Shown one piece after another: positions 13,056 to 26,874 of a stretch of 64,000 bases of DNA. The notes under the pieces were generated by a model, which was not told the origin of the DNA, made no database searches, and saw only the letters and a list, made by a program, of their open reading frames with translations. Location of the stretch: positions 96,147,049 to 96,211,048 of the forward strand of contig NC_057718.1 of assembly GCF_004010195.1 (NCBI RefSeq). Direction: 5' to 3'. The translations under genes were made by a program, and so were the position numbers. Position 1 is the stretch's first letter. Every line of letters starts with the position of its first letter. The stretch is from Chiloscyllium plagiosum (lineage: Eukaryota).

Positions 13056-13436
13056 TGTAACCTTTCGTCAGAACAGTCCCTAATTGTATCCTCAGATAGG
13101 ATGCCACACATCACTGCATCAGCTGCCGGCTTTATTTTGTTTGGAATTATTACAGCGAGCAGGACAATGGGATTTTTACATCATTCACAGCACGTGGGTG
13201 CCACTGACTAGGCCATTGGTCATGCCTGATTAACTTTGAGAAGCCGCCCTGTAACCTTTCGTCAGAACAGTCCCTAATTGTATCCTCAGATAGGATGCCA
13301 CACATCACTGCATCAGCTGCCGGCTTTATTTTGTTTGGAATTATTACAGCGAGCAGGACAATGGGATTTTTACATCATTCACAGCACGTGGGTGCCACTG
13401 ACTAGGCCATTGGTCATGCCTGATTAACTTTGAGAA
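13049..13436. repeat. Tandem duplication, 2 x 194 bp
   Basis: 13049-13242 and 13243-13436 appear identical by eye. Confidence 0.9.
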
Positions 13437-15407
13437 GGTGGTGGTGAGCTATCAAATTTTTAAGCTGGAGGTGGCTAGATTATCATGAAACAATGGAATG
13501 GTGTAGGGTGGGATTACAGATTTCATGCTATAATCACATTAGCCATGATCCTATTGAATGGCTGGAGAGCTGGACTGGCCTAATCCTGCTCCTTGATTAT
13601 ATGTGTATGCACCTTCTTGAACCATGGCAGTCCATGGCATGGGTAGGGGTTAGAGGGTACACCCTTAGTGTCGTTGAGAAGGGACTTTCCGGATTTTGAC
13701 CCAGCAACCAGGAAGGAGTGACAACATAGTTCAACAGTAAATCAAGACACTGTGGGCTTGGAAGAGAACTTGTAGGTGATGATGCTCCCAAGGCTCTACT
13801 TGCTGCTACTGTTTTTTTTACTGTATGCTTTTAAACTTATTCCGAGTACCTCTAATAGCCATGAAATTATGAGTCTCTTAGTTACTGAGTACACATTGGG
13901 AGTTTTTAATGTAGCAATCTGAACCTAGTTTAGCTTCATGTCATTGCACTGTTGGTGTTTGCAACGGACAGGTAACTAACTGATCGGGAGTTTGGAATTC
14001 CCTTAATCCGATTGGCCAACAATGATGAGATGAGCAATCGTCATTCCATTTTGCAACCAGAAGATTAGACTCTCAACAACGTCTTAAGTGATTTTTAGTC
14101 AACACCTTCCACTTTTGCAAACTAAGTTTCGCTGAGTTGCTAAACTCACATTGTAAGCAATTACCTTAATTCTATTGAAGCGTTAACTGGATTCAGTTAT
14201 TTGCTTGATCATTATACTCTATTACCTTACATCCAGCAGACTGCCCTGTGCAATTATTTTTAGCGTAGTTTTAAAATACACTGACTTTTCTCCCCCCCAC
14301 CCCCCTTTTTTTCCCCGCTATGAGCGCTACGCTTTGCTGACAGTGTGAAACAATTCGGTCTGCAGATATCTCCAGAGATAACGTCAGTGATGTTTTGTAG
14401 TCAGCCTGCCACAGGCAGGAAAGGACTCTTCCCTGGCTGGTTATCTTACCGTTCTCAAGCCACCCACTTCTTATTGTTCAATTTCCCCCCCCTCCTCCTC
14501 TCTTTAAATCACATCCCCNNNNNNNNNNNNNNNNNNNNNNNNNNNNNNNNNNNNNNNNNNNNNNNNNNNNNNNNNNNNNNCCCCAAAGAGAAAAGCAGTT
14601 GAGACTGAAATTGAAATTTGACTTTCCCATCTGAAAATGTTATCTTGAGACATTTGAACTACTGTATAGTTCCCCAAGGCTACAAAATTTATGAAGATGA
14701 ATGTTGCAATTAAATGTCCTTTTTAACATATTATACTCCTAATGTTTCTGGTCTATTTTTGTGCATGTCAATTTTTTTTTGCAAGGAATTATAGGGCAGA
14801 GAATATTTTCACGTTGAGTCTTCTTCCAAACTTTTCTTGTGTTGCAATTCTGATGCCTCCGGCTACGATTCTAATTTACTGAGCTTGCAAAGAATGTGAT
14901 GAAGATTAAGGGTATAAATAAATACACAGAAAAAGGGAAATATGCATTAAATGGGTAGAGTCGTGCAACATGCTGATTAGGAAAGAGTCTGTAGGCGGGT
15001 TATTGCTGATCAATATGAGATTGTCAATTACAGTACTTAGTAAAGGAGATTTCGGAGAGCTCAATCCATTAATACTAATATGAGGTGGATAATGTGAGCG
15101 GTTGTGCAATGTCAATAGAAAATAGCATTGAGCTATTTGTGGTACCTTGATGATTTAAAAATAGTGGAAACAGAACTGCCCAGAGTTTCGATGGTTAAAC
15201 CTTCCTTAGCAAAGTCATTAATAAAAAAAAACGCACACACTCAGCGGCACAATCAAATTATTGCGTGAGTGTTTTGTTCTAGGTCAGACATGAAGATGGC
15301 ATTTACAAAGAGAGAGAATTTCAAGTATCAAACACAGCAATGACTGGAGTGAATTAGTCCTGAAGCCTTTCTTTGGGTGGACTTTTTAATTCAGGCGCAA
15401 ATGATGA

Positions 15408-15587
15408 CCGCAGATCAGAGTCGAGAGTGCGGTGCTGGAAAAGCACAGCAGGTCAGGCAGCATTCCGAGGAGCAGGAGAGTCGAAGTTTCGGGCATAAAC
15501 TCTTCATCAGGAATGTGGGAAGGACTTTTGCCCGAAACGTCGACTCGCCTGCTCCTGGGATGCTGTCTGACCTGCTGTGCTTTTCAA
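15408..15587. mobile_element. Penelope-like palindromic terminus pair
   Basis: Inverted arms ctggaaaagcacagcaggtcaggcagcat / atgctgtctgacctgctgtgcttttc with hammerhead remnants in the centre. Confidence 0.8.
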
Positions 15588-15964
15588 GGAAAGACGACAA
15601 TCGGGTTCTGGATTTAGGCTGATTTGATTTTTTGCGAGTCAAAACGGGTCTGCCTTGACCAGCCCACGTTGGTTGTAAGTTTTGTATTAAGGGATATGAG
15701 AGTCTATATGATCCGTGTCCCTCGCCAGTGTAGCAAGAGATGTTTCTTCCTGGCCTTCTCAGTGAGTACTTTTACCTTGAACGCCACGTCCTGCACATCA
15801 GTTGTGTTTGCTAAGGGACATCACAATGCAGAGAGGGTGACCTGGTGGAGCTGGTAAGAGCTTTAGGATTCAAGCCCAGACGCTACTGTCTCCTTGGGCT
15901 CATCTGTCAATCATCCCAGCTCCTTGTCTTCTCAGTCTACAGACTGGGTGTATCAGTATAGTGT

Positions 15965-16162
15965 AGTCAGTTAGCTCAGTTGGCTGAACAGCCAACAGCA
16001 GATTCAGTTGCTGCCTCGCTGAGGTTACTGCAAAGGACTCTGTTTCTTAATTGTTCCCCACACCTGAGGCATAGTGACCTTCAGGTTAAACCAGCACCAG
16101 TTGTCTGTCTTGAATGAGACAGCAGCGCTATGGTCTTGTAAGACTGCGGCAAACTTACGTTT
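15965..16162 (+). mobile_element. tRNA-derived SINE, family A
   Basis: A-box-like TAGCTCAGTTGG plus the CAGGTTAAACCAGCACCAGT core. Confidence 0.7.
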
Positions 16163-16604
16163 AGTGATACTATACCATTGCCTTAATCCCATGGGCATTG
16201 TTTAAAGATTGCCCAAAAGAGGAAAAGCTGAAATGGGAACGAATCGAACGAACTGTCAGGTATTTATATGGAAAATCCAAGACTGTCCCAGGACACTAGG
16301 ACATCTGATCATCCTAAGTTGCATTAATGCATGATTGGAGAATAAATGAAAAAGACTGTGTCGTTGCTTTATAAAATAATCCCCACTGTGATTGCTTTGT
16401 GCAGTTGGGGCCACTTAAAGACAGGAAGGATATTTTTGCCTTTGTAAATGACACAGGCAATTAGCCAAGATGGCTCCATAAATCAGGAATTCATGAGTTC
16501 ATTTGCACACCATGTTATACTAAAAGTAAATTGATTCTGTTTGGATTTCATTATGGTTCTTTCTAAACTCAACTTTTTTTTTCTATTGTTTCATTTCAGT
16601 TGAA

Positions 16605-17190
16605 GACTAGAGCTCAAAAACAAGGAAGTTATGATAAATCTTTACAGAGCTTTGATTCAGCCTCAGTTGGGTAACTGTGTCCATTTCTGGGCCCCATGCT
16701 TTAGAAAGGGTATGAAGACATTGAAGAGGATGTACAGAACATTGATGAGAATGATTCCATGCAATTATTTGGATAGATTCACAAAACTACAACTGTTTGC
16801 CCCAGCAAACAGAAAGTTGAGAAGAGATTTGACGGTGTTGTCTGGAATTATGATGGGTCAGGGCTGATAGATGAGGAGAGACTGTCCCGGGTGCTGGAAG
16901 GATGAAAAGCCACAGGGCAGATTTATATAGGAGGTAAAATAATCAGAAACAACAGGAAGAATTTTTTTAATACAGTGATTGCTTGGGACCTGGAATGCAC
17001 TGACTGACACTGAGGTGGAAGGCGGTGCAGTCATGGTTTTCAAAAGGGAATTGGATAATTACCTTAAGGGTAAAGATTTGCAGGGCTACGGAGGAAAAGT
17101 GAGGGAGTGGATCTAACTGAGCTGCTTTTTGGAAACTGACAGGGATTCAATGGGCCAAAGGGCCTCCTTTAATCTGTTACCATTCTATGG
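16605..17190 (+). mobile_element. Old CR1 LINE 3' fragment
   Basis: Peptide LYRALIQPQLGNCVHFWAPCFRK followed by a CR1-like 3' UTR. Confidence 0.8.
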
Positions 17191-17973
17191 TGGATTTTGT
17201 GCTATTGCATATGTATGATGGCACCAGGTGCAAATTAAAACAACATAAGTATGTGACCATTACTGAATCTCCCTAATTTTCCATTGTGTTGGTAACTGAC
17301 AGAGAATCCATTCTGCTGGTGTACTTTCCAGGCAGTAAAGACAAAAATCTATCTTTCTGACTTTGTATCCAAGCATTTCAGGTATTATCTGAAGATTAGG
17401 GAAAGTGAAAGAGCACGTCTCAGGCTGTTTTAAGAAGTATATCTGTCATTGTTTATGCACCAATTTAAGGGTTGAGGCCAGTAGAATTTTGTAATAGCAA
17501 GGCTAGTGTTTAAGAAAACATTAAGGAAGACTGGCATGGTCTCTTTGAAACAGATAATGATTTGAAGTGATATGATTGAAATTTTCCCAGTTATGAAAAC
17601 AGAGTTATATTCCTTTCAAGGTAAACTGTTCACTGCAACGTAAGGTACAAACAGCAAAGAATACAAATGATTGTAAATGTTTGTGTATAAATTGACCATT
17701 CAAGCCTCAAAAAATGCCTCCAACTAAAGTGTGTTTAATTACACACAGAAATATAAAGTTGTACCACCAAATGGGTGGTTGCCATTTTGAAATGTCGTCA
17801 GCAATCGATGAAAAGAGTGAATGTGTTCCCACTACCCCATGTGCGTCTTTACAACAATACCCACATTGCCTGTTATCTACATTCAGTTACAGGATGCTCG
17901 CAAGTTAAACATGCGAGCAGATGCGGGTGGAAAATTGAGGCTGACTACCTGTGCAAGCAGAGTGTGCCATGTC

Positions 17974-18224
17974 TGAAAGAGAGACGTCACCAAGTCACCC
18001 TTTGTTTACCCATGTATAGTACATGACACTGACCCAGCCAGCTTACCTGGGTGTGTGGATACCTGGGTGGGATGGATACCTGGCTCTGAGAGTCAACAGA
18101 AACCCATGACACTCCTGTTTATATGTGTCAGCCAGGGTTCCCTTTTTGGAACAGGTTAACAGCCCAAATCAAGGAGCTTATGTTCTATGAGGTCCACTTG
18201 GCTGACCTCGATATAATCACGACC
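17974..18224 (-). mobile_element. Solo LTR-like element, copy 1
   Basis: Homologous to 19503-19723 and 61794-61913; contains GACACTCCTGTTTATAT and CAGCCAGGG. Confidence 0.65.
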
Positions 18225-19502
18225 CCAAGTATACACACAAACACGATTTTTGGAGCTAGAAAAGTGGGGTTGTCTTATACATTGGTCCAATTTATGTAGC
18301 AAAATTTACCATGAACACGTATAAGTTTTAGAAGAATGAAGGACCATTGTTACATTTGAGAAGTGACCAGGAAAGCACATTGATGTAAACGATATAAGTG
18401 GGTTAAGGAACTGAGTAAATATGATCTTGGGAAAGGTTTGAGCTTGTGAAGCATGAAGGGAGACTGGGATTCAGACGCATGAATGCACGTAACTGAGTTT
18501 TGCCTCATGGCCTTCCGCGTTGTAAAGAGATTTTCTATTAAAGAGAAAATAACTGAGTTAGAAATGAGTAAAGCAAGTACTGGTAACATCTGGATAGCTG
18601 CACTGGAGAGCACTGGTGTACATTGGCTGGTTACACTTGGCAGGTGCAAAGACTAGAACTGCATCATCTTATTCCTGTCCGAAAGTGATCTCAGCCTGGT
18701 GTGTAGAAAAATTACGATTTTAACAAGGTGTTAAGTCAACAGTTGCAAGAATTACCACAACAAATTGTAGCTAAGGCATTACAGCATTGACTCTACTCTG
18801 TAGCTGTTGCTGGAATTGAATGTACAATAATAGGTGTCTTAGAGTGTTGGCAAGACATTTGTGTACTGTCAAGGAGGTTCAGTGACATCATAAGGCATGA
18901 CAGCATAACATAAGCAGCTTACAACAGCCTTAGACTTAGGGTTCTGTGTAACAACTCTGAGCTCATTAGTTGCCCATTTTTTTTGCACAGTGCTGTGATT
19001 TTACAAAGAAAGCACATCTGTTAAATCATTATTCACTCACTTGATGAATACATTTCTCCGAGCACTGATTAACACTCACTGTGATGCAAGCAAGTTCCTT
19101 ACTCATTTGCTGAAGCCCATTGATTTGAGCAATTGTAAAAAAATTACTGATTATGTAAACAATATGAAGGCAGCAAAATGGGAAAGAGGTGGAGGCATTG
19201 ATGGGTGTTTCGTTCTCTGTTCTGGTTCAGTGCTCCTTGTTATAGTCCTCAAAGTGAGCATGAAGTCATTTATTCATTATGATATTTTGGGGCTGATTAC
19301 CTCTTTCAGTGGTAAGACATAGAACTTGTATGAAAGAAAACCCCGAAGACTTGCCTGTAAGCAACAAAGCATATCTTTAAAAGTTTTCCATTGTAACAAA
19401 AAAAGCTAAGTGGCATGGCTTCAAGTTCAGAGGTCAGAAGTAGAATCAGAGAATCCCAGAATGGGTAAATGACAACAGGAGGCCATTTGGCTCTATTGGT
19501 TC

Positions 19503-19723
19503 TGAAATGACTCCACAGAGGCCAGTATCCCATCACCAAGTCACTCTCTATGTGCCATACGTGCATAGTGGTCCGCCTTCCTCAGAGCCAGCTCTCAGAA
19601 TGAACTGGCACTCCTGTTTATATCTGTTAGCCAGGGCTCCCTGATTGAACTAAGTTCACAGACCCAGTCAAGGAACTCATAGTCTGTAAGGCCTAACTGG
19701 CTGACCTCTTTACAGTCACTGTA
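19503..19723 (-). mobile_element. Solo LTR-like element, copy 2, inside a decayed CR1 3' end
   Basis: About 220 bp. The minus strand has a TATA-like GATATAAA and ends ...TTTCA; it is flanked by GGTTC/GATTC (5-bp TSD with 1 mismatch). Confidence 0.7.
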
Positions 19724-20347
19724 GATTCACCTTGGAACTCTGCAAGAGAAACTCAGCAATCCTTAAAATGGTATCTTTTTATTTTCTCTTTGGTAATTAT
19801 CCAATACTTTTTTGCAAACCATGAATGAATCTTCCCTCACCACACCCGGGTAGTGCATTCTAAATTCCAACACATTGCTTAAAATAACTTTTCTTCATGT
19901 TGTCTTTGGCCCTTTTACCATTCAAGACACATTGATGTACTCTGGTCCTTGAACCAGTTGGAAGAGATCCACACTACCTAGTTTATCCACAGTCCTGTCA
20001 CACCCATCCTCACCCCCATGATTTTGACGCGCTTTATCAAAGCTCCTGTCAATATTCTTCAGAAGTGGATTCAACACTTCAGTTGACATTGAGCCAGCGC
20101 TGTGATGAAGTTTACTACGAACTCCCTCACTTTTCCACAGAAACTATTCATTATTGAGGATTGTTCTCACTATTTCCACAATGACAGATTCCTCACAACC
20201 GTGGTAAGGTCCTGGGGAGTGTGTTGTCGAACAAAGAGGCTTTGGAGGTGTAGGTCTATAGTTCCTGGAAAATGGAGTCACAGGTAGACAGGGTAGTGAA
20301 GAAGGCATTTGGTATGCTTGCCCTTATTGGTCAGTGTATTGACTGAG

Positions 20348-20482
20348 GAGAAAGTGAGGTCTGCAGATGCTGGAGATCAGAGCTGGAAATGTGTTGCTGG
20401 AAAAGCGCAGCAGGTCAGGCAGCATCCAAGGAGCAGGAGAATCGATGTTTCGGGCATAAGCCCTTCTTCAGGTATCATAGAC
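20348..20482 (-). mobile_element. Short Penelope-like insertion with hammerhead motif
   Basis: Flanked by the 13-bp direct repeat TGTATTGACTGAG (20335-20347 and 20483-20495). Confidence 0.85.
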
Positions 20483-21012
20483 TGTATTGACTGAGTTGGG
20501 AGGTCACATTGCAGCTGTACAGCACATTGGTTCAGCCACTTTTGGAATACTGCATTCAATTCTGGTCTCCTTACTGTAAGGAGGAGGTTGTGAAACTTGA
20601 AAGGGTTCAGAAAAGACTTACAAGGATGTTGCCCAGGTTGGAGAATTTGAGCTATAGGGACAGGCTGTGGCTATTTTCTCTGGAGCATTGGAGGCTGAAG
20701 GGTGACCTTAAAGGGGCTTATAAAGTCATGAGGGGCCTGGATAGGGTGAATAGTCAAGGTCTTTTCCCCCTGGGTAGAGGGGTCCAACACTAGAGGGCAT
20801 ATTTTTAAGGTGAGAGGGGAAAGACTTAAAAGGGATCTAAGGTGCTACTTTTTCATGCAGAGGATGGTGCATGTATGGAATCAGCTGCCAGGAAAGCGGT
20901 GGAGGCTGATATAATTACAATATATAAAAGGCATCTAGATGGTTATATGAATAGGAAGGGTTTAGAGGGTTATGTACCAAATGGGACTAGATTTATTTAG
21001 GATTTTGGGTAG

Positions 21013-21425
21013 GCATGGACGAGTTGGACCACAGAGTCTGTTTCTGTGCTGTACATCTCTATGACTCTATGGTCAGTATGGAGGGGTTGGGCCGAAGGGT
21101 CTGTTTCTGTGCTGTACATCTCTATGACTCTTTGGTCAGTATGGAGGGGTTGGGCCGAAGGGTCTGTTTCTGTGCTGTACATCCCTATGACTCTTTGGTC
21201 AGTATGGAGGAGTTGGGCCGAAGGGTCTGTTTCTGTGCTGTATGGAGGAGTTGGGCCGAAGGGTCTGTTTCTGTGCTGTCCATCTCTATGACTCTTTGGT
21301 CAGTCTGGAGGAGTTGGGCCGAAGGGTCTGTTTCTGTGCTGTACATCTCTATGACTCTTTGGTCAGTATGGAGGAGTTGGGCCGAAGGGTCTGTTTCTGT
21401 GCTGTACATCTCTATGACTCTATGA
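21013..21425 (+). repeat. Tandem array of the ~61-bp CR1 3' terminal unit (about 7 copies, one truncated)
   Basis: Repeats of GGTCAGTATGGAGGAGTTGGGCCGAAGGGTCTGTTTCTGTGCTGTACATCTCTATGACTCTTT. Confidence 0.9.
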
Positions 21426-23963
21426 CCAGGCAAGATGCTTTTCAGCCAATACCTTTTTTCATATTCCATTAGAATTTGCCAGCAAGATTGTTTGCTAATG
21501 GTCATCCCTAATTGGCCTCAAGAAGCTGGTGCTGAGCTATCTTCTTTGTCTTAAAATGTGGACGTATTTTAATTTACACTTTTGAACCTGTGTGGCCTTA
21601 CAGTGGGCTTGAAATTTAACATCTTGAACACCTTTTGCATTCTGATGTGTGATATGACCAGTTCTGTAATAAGATCCCACTCAGTTAATAATTGTCCAAA
21701 ATGGAAAGCACATTCTTATACTCAAATCTTTTGTCGCAGCTCGAATTCTTGACCATAAGGGTTAACTGTGTGACTCTTCTCTGCAATATATCCTACACTT
21801 GCATATTGCCTCTGTTTCTCAGTTCATCAGAGTTCATCATGCCAGGCCTGACCAAAGTTTGGTCACGAAAAGATGGATAAGTGTGATTGGATACTTCTCT
21901 GAGCAAGCATGACCAGTTTCCAAGTTTTCCGATATCTTAACTGTACCATCAGATCTGTCGTCCTGGTTCCCTGTGGGAATGTCTGAATGAACTAACTAAC
22001 ACTCTGGTTATGGTTGCTGTTGTCAGTTGAGTACCACACTCCTGTGGGAAAACACAGCAACAGATATTACTGAATGTAACTATGTCAGGAAGATGGTAAG
22101 AGAAGACACCATATCTGGAGCCCTGGTCCATGTGATCTTAGATCACTGTGAACCTCCTTATTTTGTACCTTGAGCAAAAGTACTATTCCCTTTAATCTGC
22201 AGCATCAGAGTATTGGGAAGGATGCCTGATGGGTGAGGAGTGCATAGCATCCCCGGTATAGTCAATTCTGCTTTGCACCTCGTCGCTGCTTTCCGTCATC
22301 TTCCTCTTTTTCTTCCATGAAGATCAGAAAGGGACATTCCTGTTGACAAATCCAATGGTGACTCTAATGATTATGCTTGGAGAGAAATCTTCCAATTATT
22401 GTCCAAAAATTCCTGAATGAAATTAGTAAGAAAAGAAGAGAAACAAGTACAAAAAAGGAAAAAGAGGGGCAGTGTACCACAAGAGTTTTAAATCTATTGA
22501 ATGAACATTTTTACTCAGCCCTTTATACATGCTTCTTTATAAATCACTGCCCCTAGCAACTCCTGGACAGCTACCCAAACAAGATATGATGAGGAAAATA
22601 TCTACATTTCCCAAGTCCGCTAAGAATCACATTAACAGTCAGGGCTCACAACTTCCTATAGTTACACTTGTGAGAAGTTACATGTATTCATACACAGTCC
22701 CCTGGAGCCAAAAGGAACATGTCCAGGAATTGTCCTTTCCTTTGAATTAAATAAAATTGTCAGGGGAAATAGTTCCAAAGCAACTCGGAATCTGCGTCAA
22801 CTTAGAATCGATCAGCATCAATTTTCTCATGTAGTACAAATGGCATGTGGTGCAAATTGTTGCCAGCTTTTAGTATTTGGTATTCTTGTGTCTGTCCTGG
22901 TGAGTGCAGAAACCAAAACTTCAACCGTATGTCTCTTTTCTCAGTCACATTCAAGTCAACTTCCTGTATAAAGGCTGTTACTACTGAAATGATTTCCCTT
23001 CCTCCCAATATAAGCATTGTTGTTCTTATTGAGATCATTGACTACCAGAAAAGTGTGTGCCTCTAGAAACTGTGAAGGAGACGCAAAAAATGCTGGAATC
23101 TGCATTTCTGATTTCTGAATATTTTGGCATCCCAGTACTACTTAAATGTACTATTATGTCTGTCTTTTCTCTTGTCCTTGTTTACCAAGAGATGAGTCAT
23201 GGACTTCCATTGGATTAGTCTACCACATTGGGTTCTCATTGCTTTGTACAGGATGATTGACTGAAACTCTTACTGTGTGCCATCAGGTGCATTAAAATGA
23301 TGTAAAGGCAGACAATCAGACTGCTTGTGTGTATCAGGAATTTTCATCAGAGGTAAGAATTGATGTGGAGCCTGAACTTTAAAGTTCTAGTCCAAACTTA
23401 GGAATGTTACTCCGACACCCCACAAGACTGACTGATACTGTACAACAGTCTAAGTAACTTATGTGAACCTGGTTAATATTTATTCTCTGGGTGCGTGTGT
23501 TGTTTTGCAAGATTGGTATGTCTTACTCATCCCTATGTGTCCTTCAGAAGAAAGGTTTGATACACGTCATTTCAGAGGGTGGTTAAGAGTTAATCATGGA
23601 AAGGCCAGAATGGATGAGGACAAATTTCCTTCCCTGAAAGATATTAGTGAATCAGTTTGGTTTTATGACAATCACAGCCACTTTTACTTTAAAACTAAAT
23701 GTGATTGCGAATTCTCAAACTGCTGTTTAAACTCATATGCATTGAATTACTGGTCCAGGGACATAACCACTACACTACAGTACACATCAAAGTCAAACCT
23801 CAACCACTAACTACATATGATCAATTTCTAACAAAGTTCCCTAGATGATGACCATAACGACAAAGAGTACAAGAACTTTGGCCTGTTGTGCTTGTTCCAG
23901 CTCGTTCAAAGAGCTGTGTAATTAATGCTTCTTTGCTTTCCACATAAGCCTTTATATGTTGCC

Positions 23964-24998
23964 CTGAAAATGTGTTGCTGGAAAAGCGCAGCAGGTCAGG
24001 CAGCATCCAAGGAGCAGGAGAATCGAGCAGGAATCATGCCCGAAACGTCGATTCTCCTGCTCCTTGGATGCTGCCTGANNNNNNNNNNNNNNNNNNNNNN
24101 NNNNNNNNNNNNNNNNNNNNNNNNNNNNNNNNNNNNNNNNNNNNNNNNNNNNNNNNNNNNNNNNNNNNNNNNNNNNNNNNNNNNNNNNNNNNNNNNNNNN
24201 NNNNNNNNNNNNNNNNNNNNNNNNNNNNNNNNNNNNNNNNNNNNNNNNNNNNNNNNNNNNNNNNNNNNNNNNNNNNNNNNNNNNNNNNNNNNNNNNNNNN
24301 NNNNNNNNNNNNNNNNNNNNNNNNNNNNNNNNNNNNNNNNNNNNNNNNNNNNNNNNNNNNNNNNNNNNNNNNNNNNNNNNNNNNNNNNNNNNNNNNNNNN
24401 NNNNNNNNNNNNNNNNNNNNNNNNNNNNNNNNNNNNNNNNNNNNNNNNNNNNNNNNNNNNNNNNNNNNNNNNNNNNNNNNNNNNNNNNNNNNNNNNNNNN
24501 NNNNNNNNNNNNNNNNNNNNNNNNNNNNNNNNNNNNNNNNNNNNNNNNNNNNNNNNNNNNNNNNNNNNNNNNNNNNNNNNNNNNNNNNNNNNNNNNNNNN
24601 NNNNNNNNNNNNNNNNNNNNNNNNNNNNNNNNNNNNNNNNNNNNNNNNNNNNNNNNNNNNNNNNNNNNNNNNNNNNNNNNNNNNNNNNNNNNNNNNNNNN
24701 NNNNNNNNNNNNNNNNNNNNNNNNNNNNNNNNNNNNNNNNNNNNNNNNNNNNNNNNNNNNNNNNNNNNNNNNNNNNNNNNNNNNNNNNNNNNNNNNNNNN
24801 NNNNNNNNNNNNNNNNNNNNNNNNNNNNNNNNNNNNNNNNNNNNNNNNNNNNNNNNNNNNNNNNNNNNNNNNNNNNNNNNNNNNNNNNNNNNNNNNNNNN
24901 NNNNNNNNNNNNNNNNNNNNNNNNNNNNNNNNNNNNNNNNNNNNNNNNNNNNNNNGGGGGAGGGGAAATGAGGAAACTGGTGAAGTCCACATTGATGC
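23964..24998. mobile_element. Penelope-like inverted termini spanning an assembly gap
   Basis: Palindromic arms at 23964-24078. After the gap, ggggaggggaaatgaggaaactggtgaagtccacattgatgcc is the minus-strand ORF end GINVDFTSFLISPP, also seen at 29613-29670. Confidence 0.7.
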
Positions 24999-26029
24999 CA
25001 TTGTTCAAAGTTGTCCAGACCAGGAAGACCAGGTTTGATTTGCCTTCCTCAATCCTCCATTGCGGATTCCAACTGAACTTTCAGTAGAGCCACAGAGATA
25101 GCTTGCAAATGATTTTCCCACAAATGCTGGCACCTTGTTCAAGAACGATTTAACTTTTGTGGCAGGCCTTGACTTTTGAGTCCAACTGTCCCTGAACGAA
25201 CAAGAATGCACCCTCGATCTGTGCCCTTGTCATTTCTGACATGTCTCTGAAAAGTAATTGTTCTGATCACTTACGCTCCAGTCTAGCATGCCCATACAAC
25301 AGAGCTCTCATTGTTGAATTATCTCCTGAGTGGGTTAGATTTTAGCAGACAACTTTATTTTAATGTTCACTGAGTTTGATCTTTCAATATTTAGAATTCC
25401 TCAAGATTGATCAAGATTACATCCTGACAGAATTAACTGTGTAGAGCAAGCAAATAAAATCACAAATTTGTTGCAATGATTCTTTGCACACATATCCGAT
25501 GGTGCACTGACGGTTCTGTTGAACTGCCTTTGCTTGGATTGAAAAACCTTTGTGAAAGTGCAATCTGTGTGCGTTGAGTTTTACAGGATAATAGAAAATA
25601 ACAAATACCAGTGAGCAGCTATGAAGCTGTAATCTTATCTAATGTCAGGGGTTCAGATGAAAGAGCCGGGCTTTGCTCTGGTGGGTTATGACATCATCTG
25701 AACCCTTCAATTACATTACTGCCTTGTAATCACTCCCAGGTGTCCATTATTTGATGAATGCTCCAAAACATTTCTTTCTCCCTGTTTAATCTTTCTGCGC
25801 TCCTTGAGTTATTACGGAGATATAATAGTCACCCTGTGGTATCTTAATCAAGTGGCGATTCTTCCGCAGCTGATCTGTTCCTGAAATCTTCATCTATCCT
25901 CTACAATATTCCAGTCTATTTAGGTTGGTGTCCTAGCTTCCACCTTCAAACAATTCCCCACCTTCTGTATTCGAAAGCACACCAAGTCCCACTGCCCCCG
26001 TCAGCTCCCTGCTAACATTGGTGTATGAG

Positions 26030-26245
26030 ATAAAATAGACAGGCAGGAGGCTGGGAGGACACGGCATCAGGAGATGGAGAAGTCAACGTTTCGGGTGTAA
26101 TCCTTCTTCAGGACTGGGGGTGGGTGTGGGGAGAGTTGCAGATAAAGGGGGGTGGCAGGGGGCAGGGTGGTGAACTGGGGATAGGTGAAGGCAGGCAGAC
26201 GATATGACCTGGTTGGTCAATGGGAGGAATGAATCCGGCTGGTGG
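26030..26245 (-). mobile_element. Penelope-like terminus, second subfamily, with hammerhead motif
   Basis: Minus strand agtcCTGAAGAaggattacacccGAAAcGTTgact at 26081-26115, next to a pyrimidine-rich PLE-type 3' region. Confidence 0.7.
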
Positions 26246-26874
26246 CAGGCAGCAGTGGCCTATGGCCAAGCAACACCTTGATTTTAACATTCTCATTCCT
26301 GTGTACTAATCATTCCTTGGCGTTCTATCCCTGTAATCTCCTTCAGCCCTTGCAACACTCTGATACATCAGGATTCCCCGAACTCAGACTTCTTGCGCAC
26401 CTCCAGTCCAGTTGCTCCACCAACAGCAATTTCCCCTTCAGTTGTTGATGACCAATGTGCTGCAATTCCCTTATCCTCTCTGCCTCTATATCATTCCTTC
26501 TTATTCTCAATCTCTCTCCCAAATCTACTTTTCCAATTGGCTTTTTGATCCTCTAACATCTTCTTAAATAATTGGTGTCAAAATCTATTTGATAATGCTC
26601 CTGTGAAATGCATTGAATACCTTTTATTACGTTAAAGGGATATATAAATGCACATTAGTGTTGTTCTTATTATTTATATGTGAAAGTAGATGGTGAATAG
26701 TGGGACACTGTTTACCAAACTTCATGCCAGACTAATCCTATTCCCAACTGACTGTGAGTCACAGACTTGTTGGCGCTGGGCGCTAGAGGGTGATCAGAAA
26801 TAGAAGACAATAATCTTCAATCTTCAATAATCCAGGCAATTTGGGAGGCTAATATGAGAGATTCCTCCTACCAG

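Larger units (their letters stand above)
20200..21425 (+). mobile_element. CR1/HER1-type LINE 3' fragment
   Basis: Peptide LYSTLVQPLLEYCIQFWSPYCKEEVVKLERVQKRLTRMLP; interrupted by a Penelope-like insert and ending in a tandemly repeated tail. Confidence 0.9.

Noticed and set aside
21013..21425. CRISPR-like regular array
   Set aside because: No unique spacers, the unit is a CR1 3' end, and the context is eukaryotic.
23925..25087. Long ORFs of 170-370 aa in the track (also 12357-13037 and 29570-30382)
   Set aside because: Artefacts of N runs.
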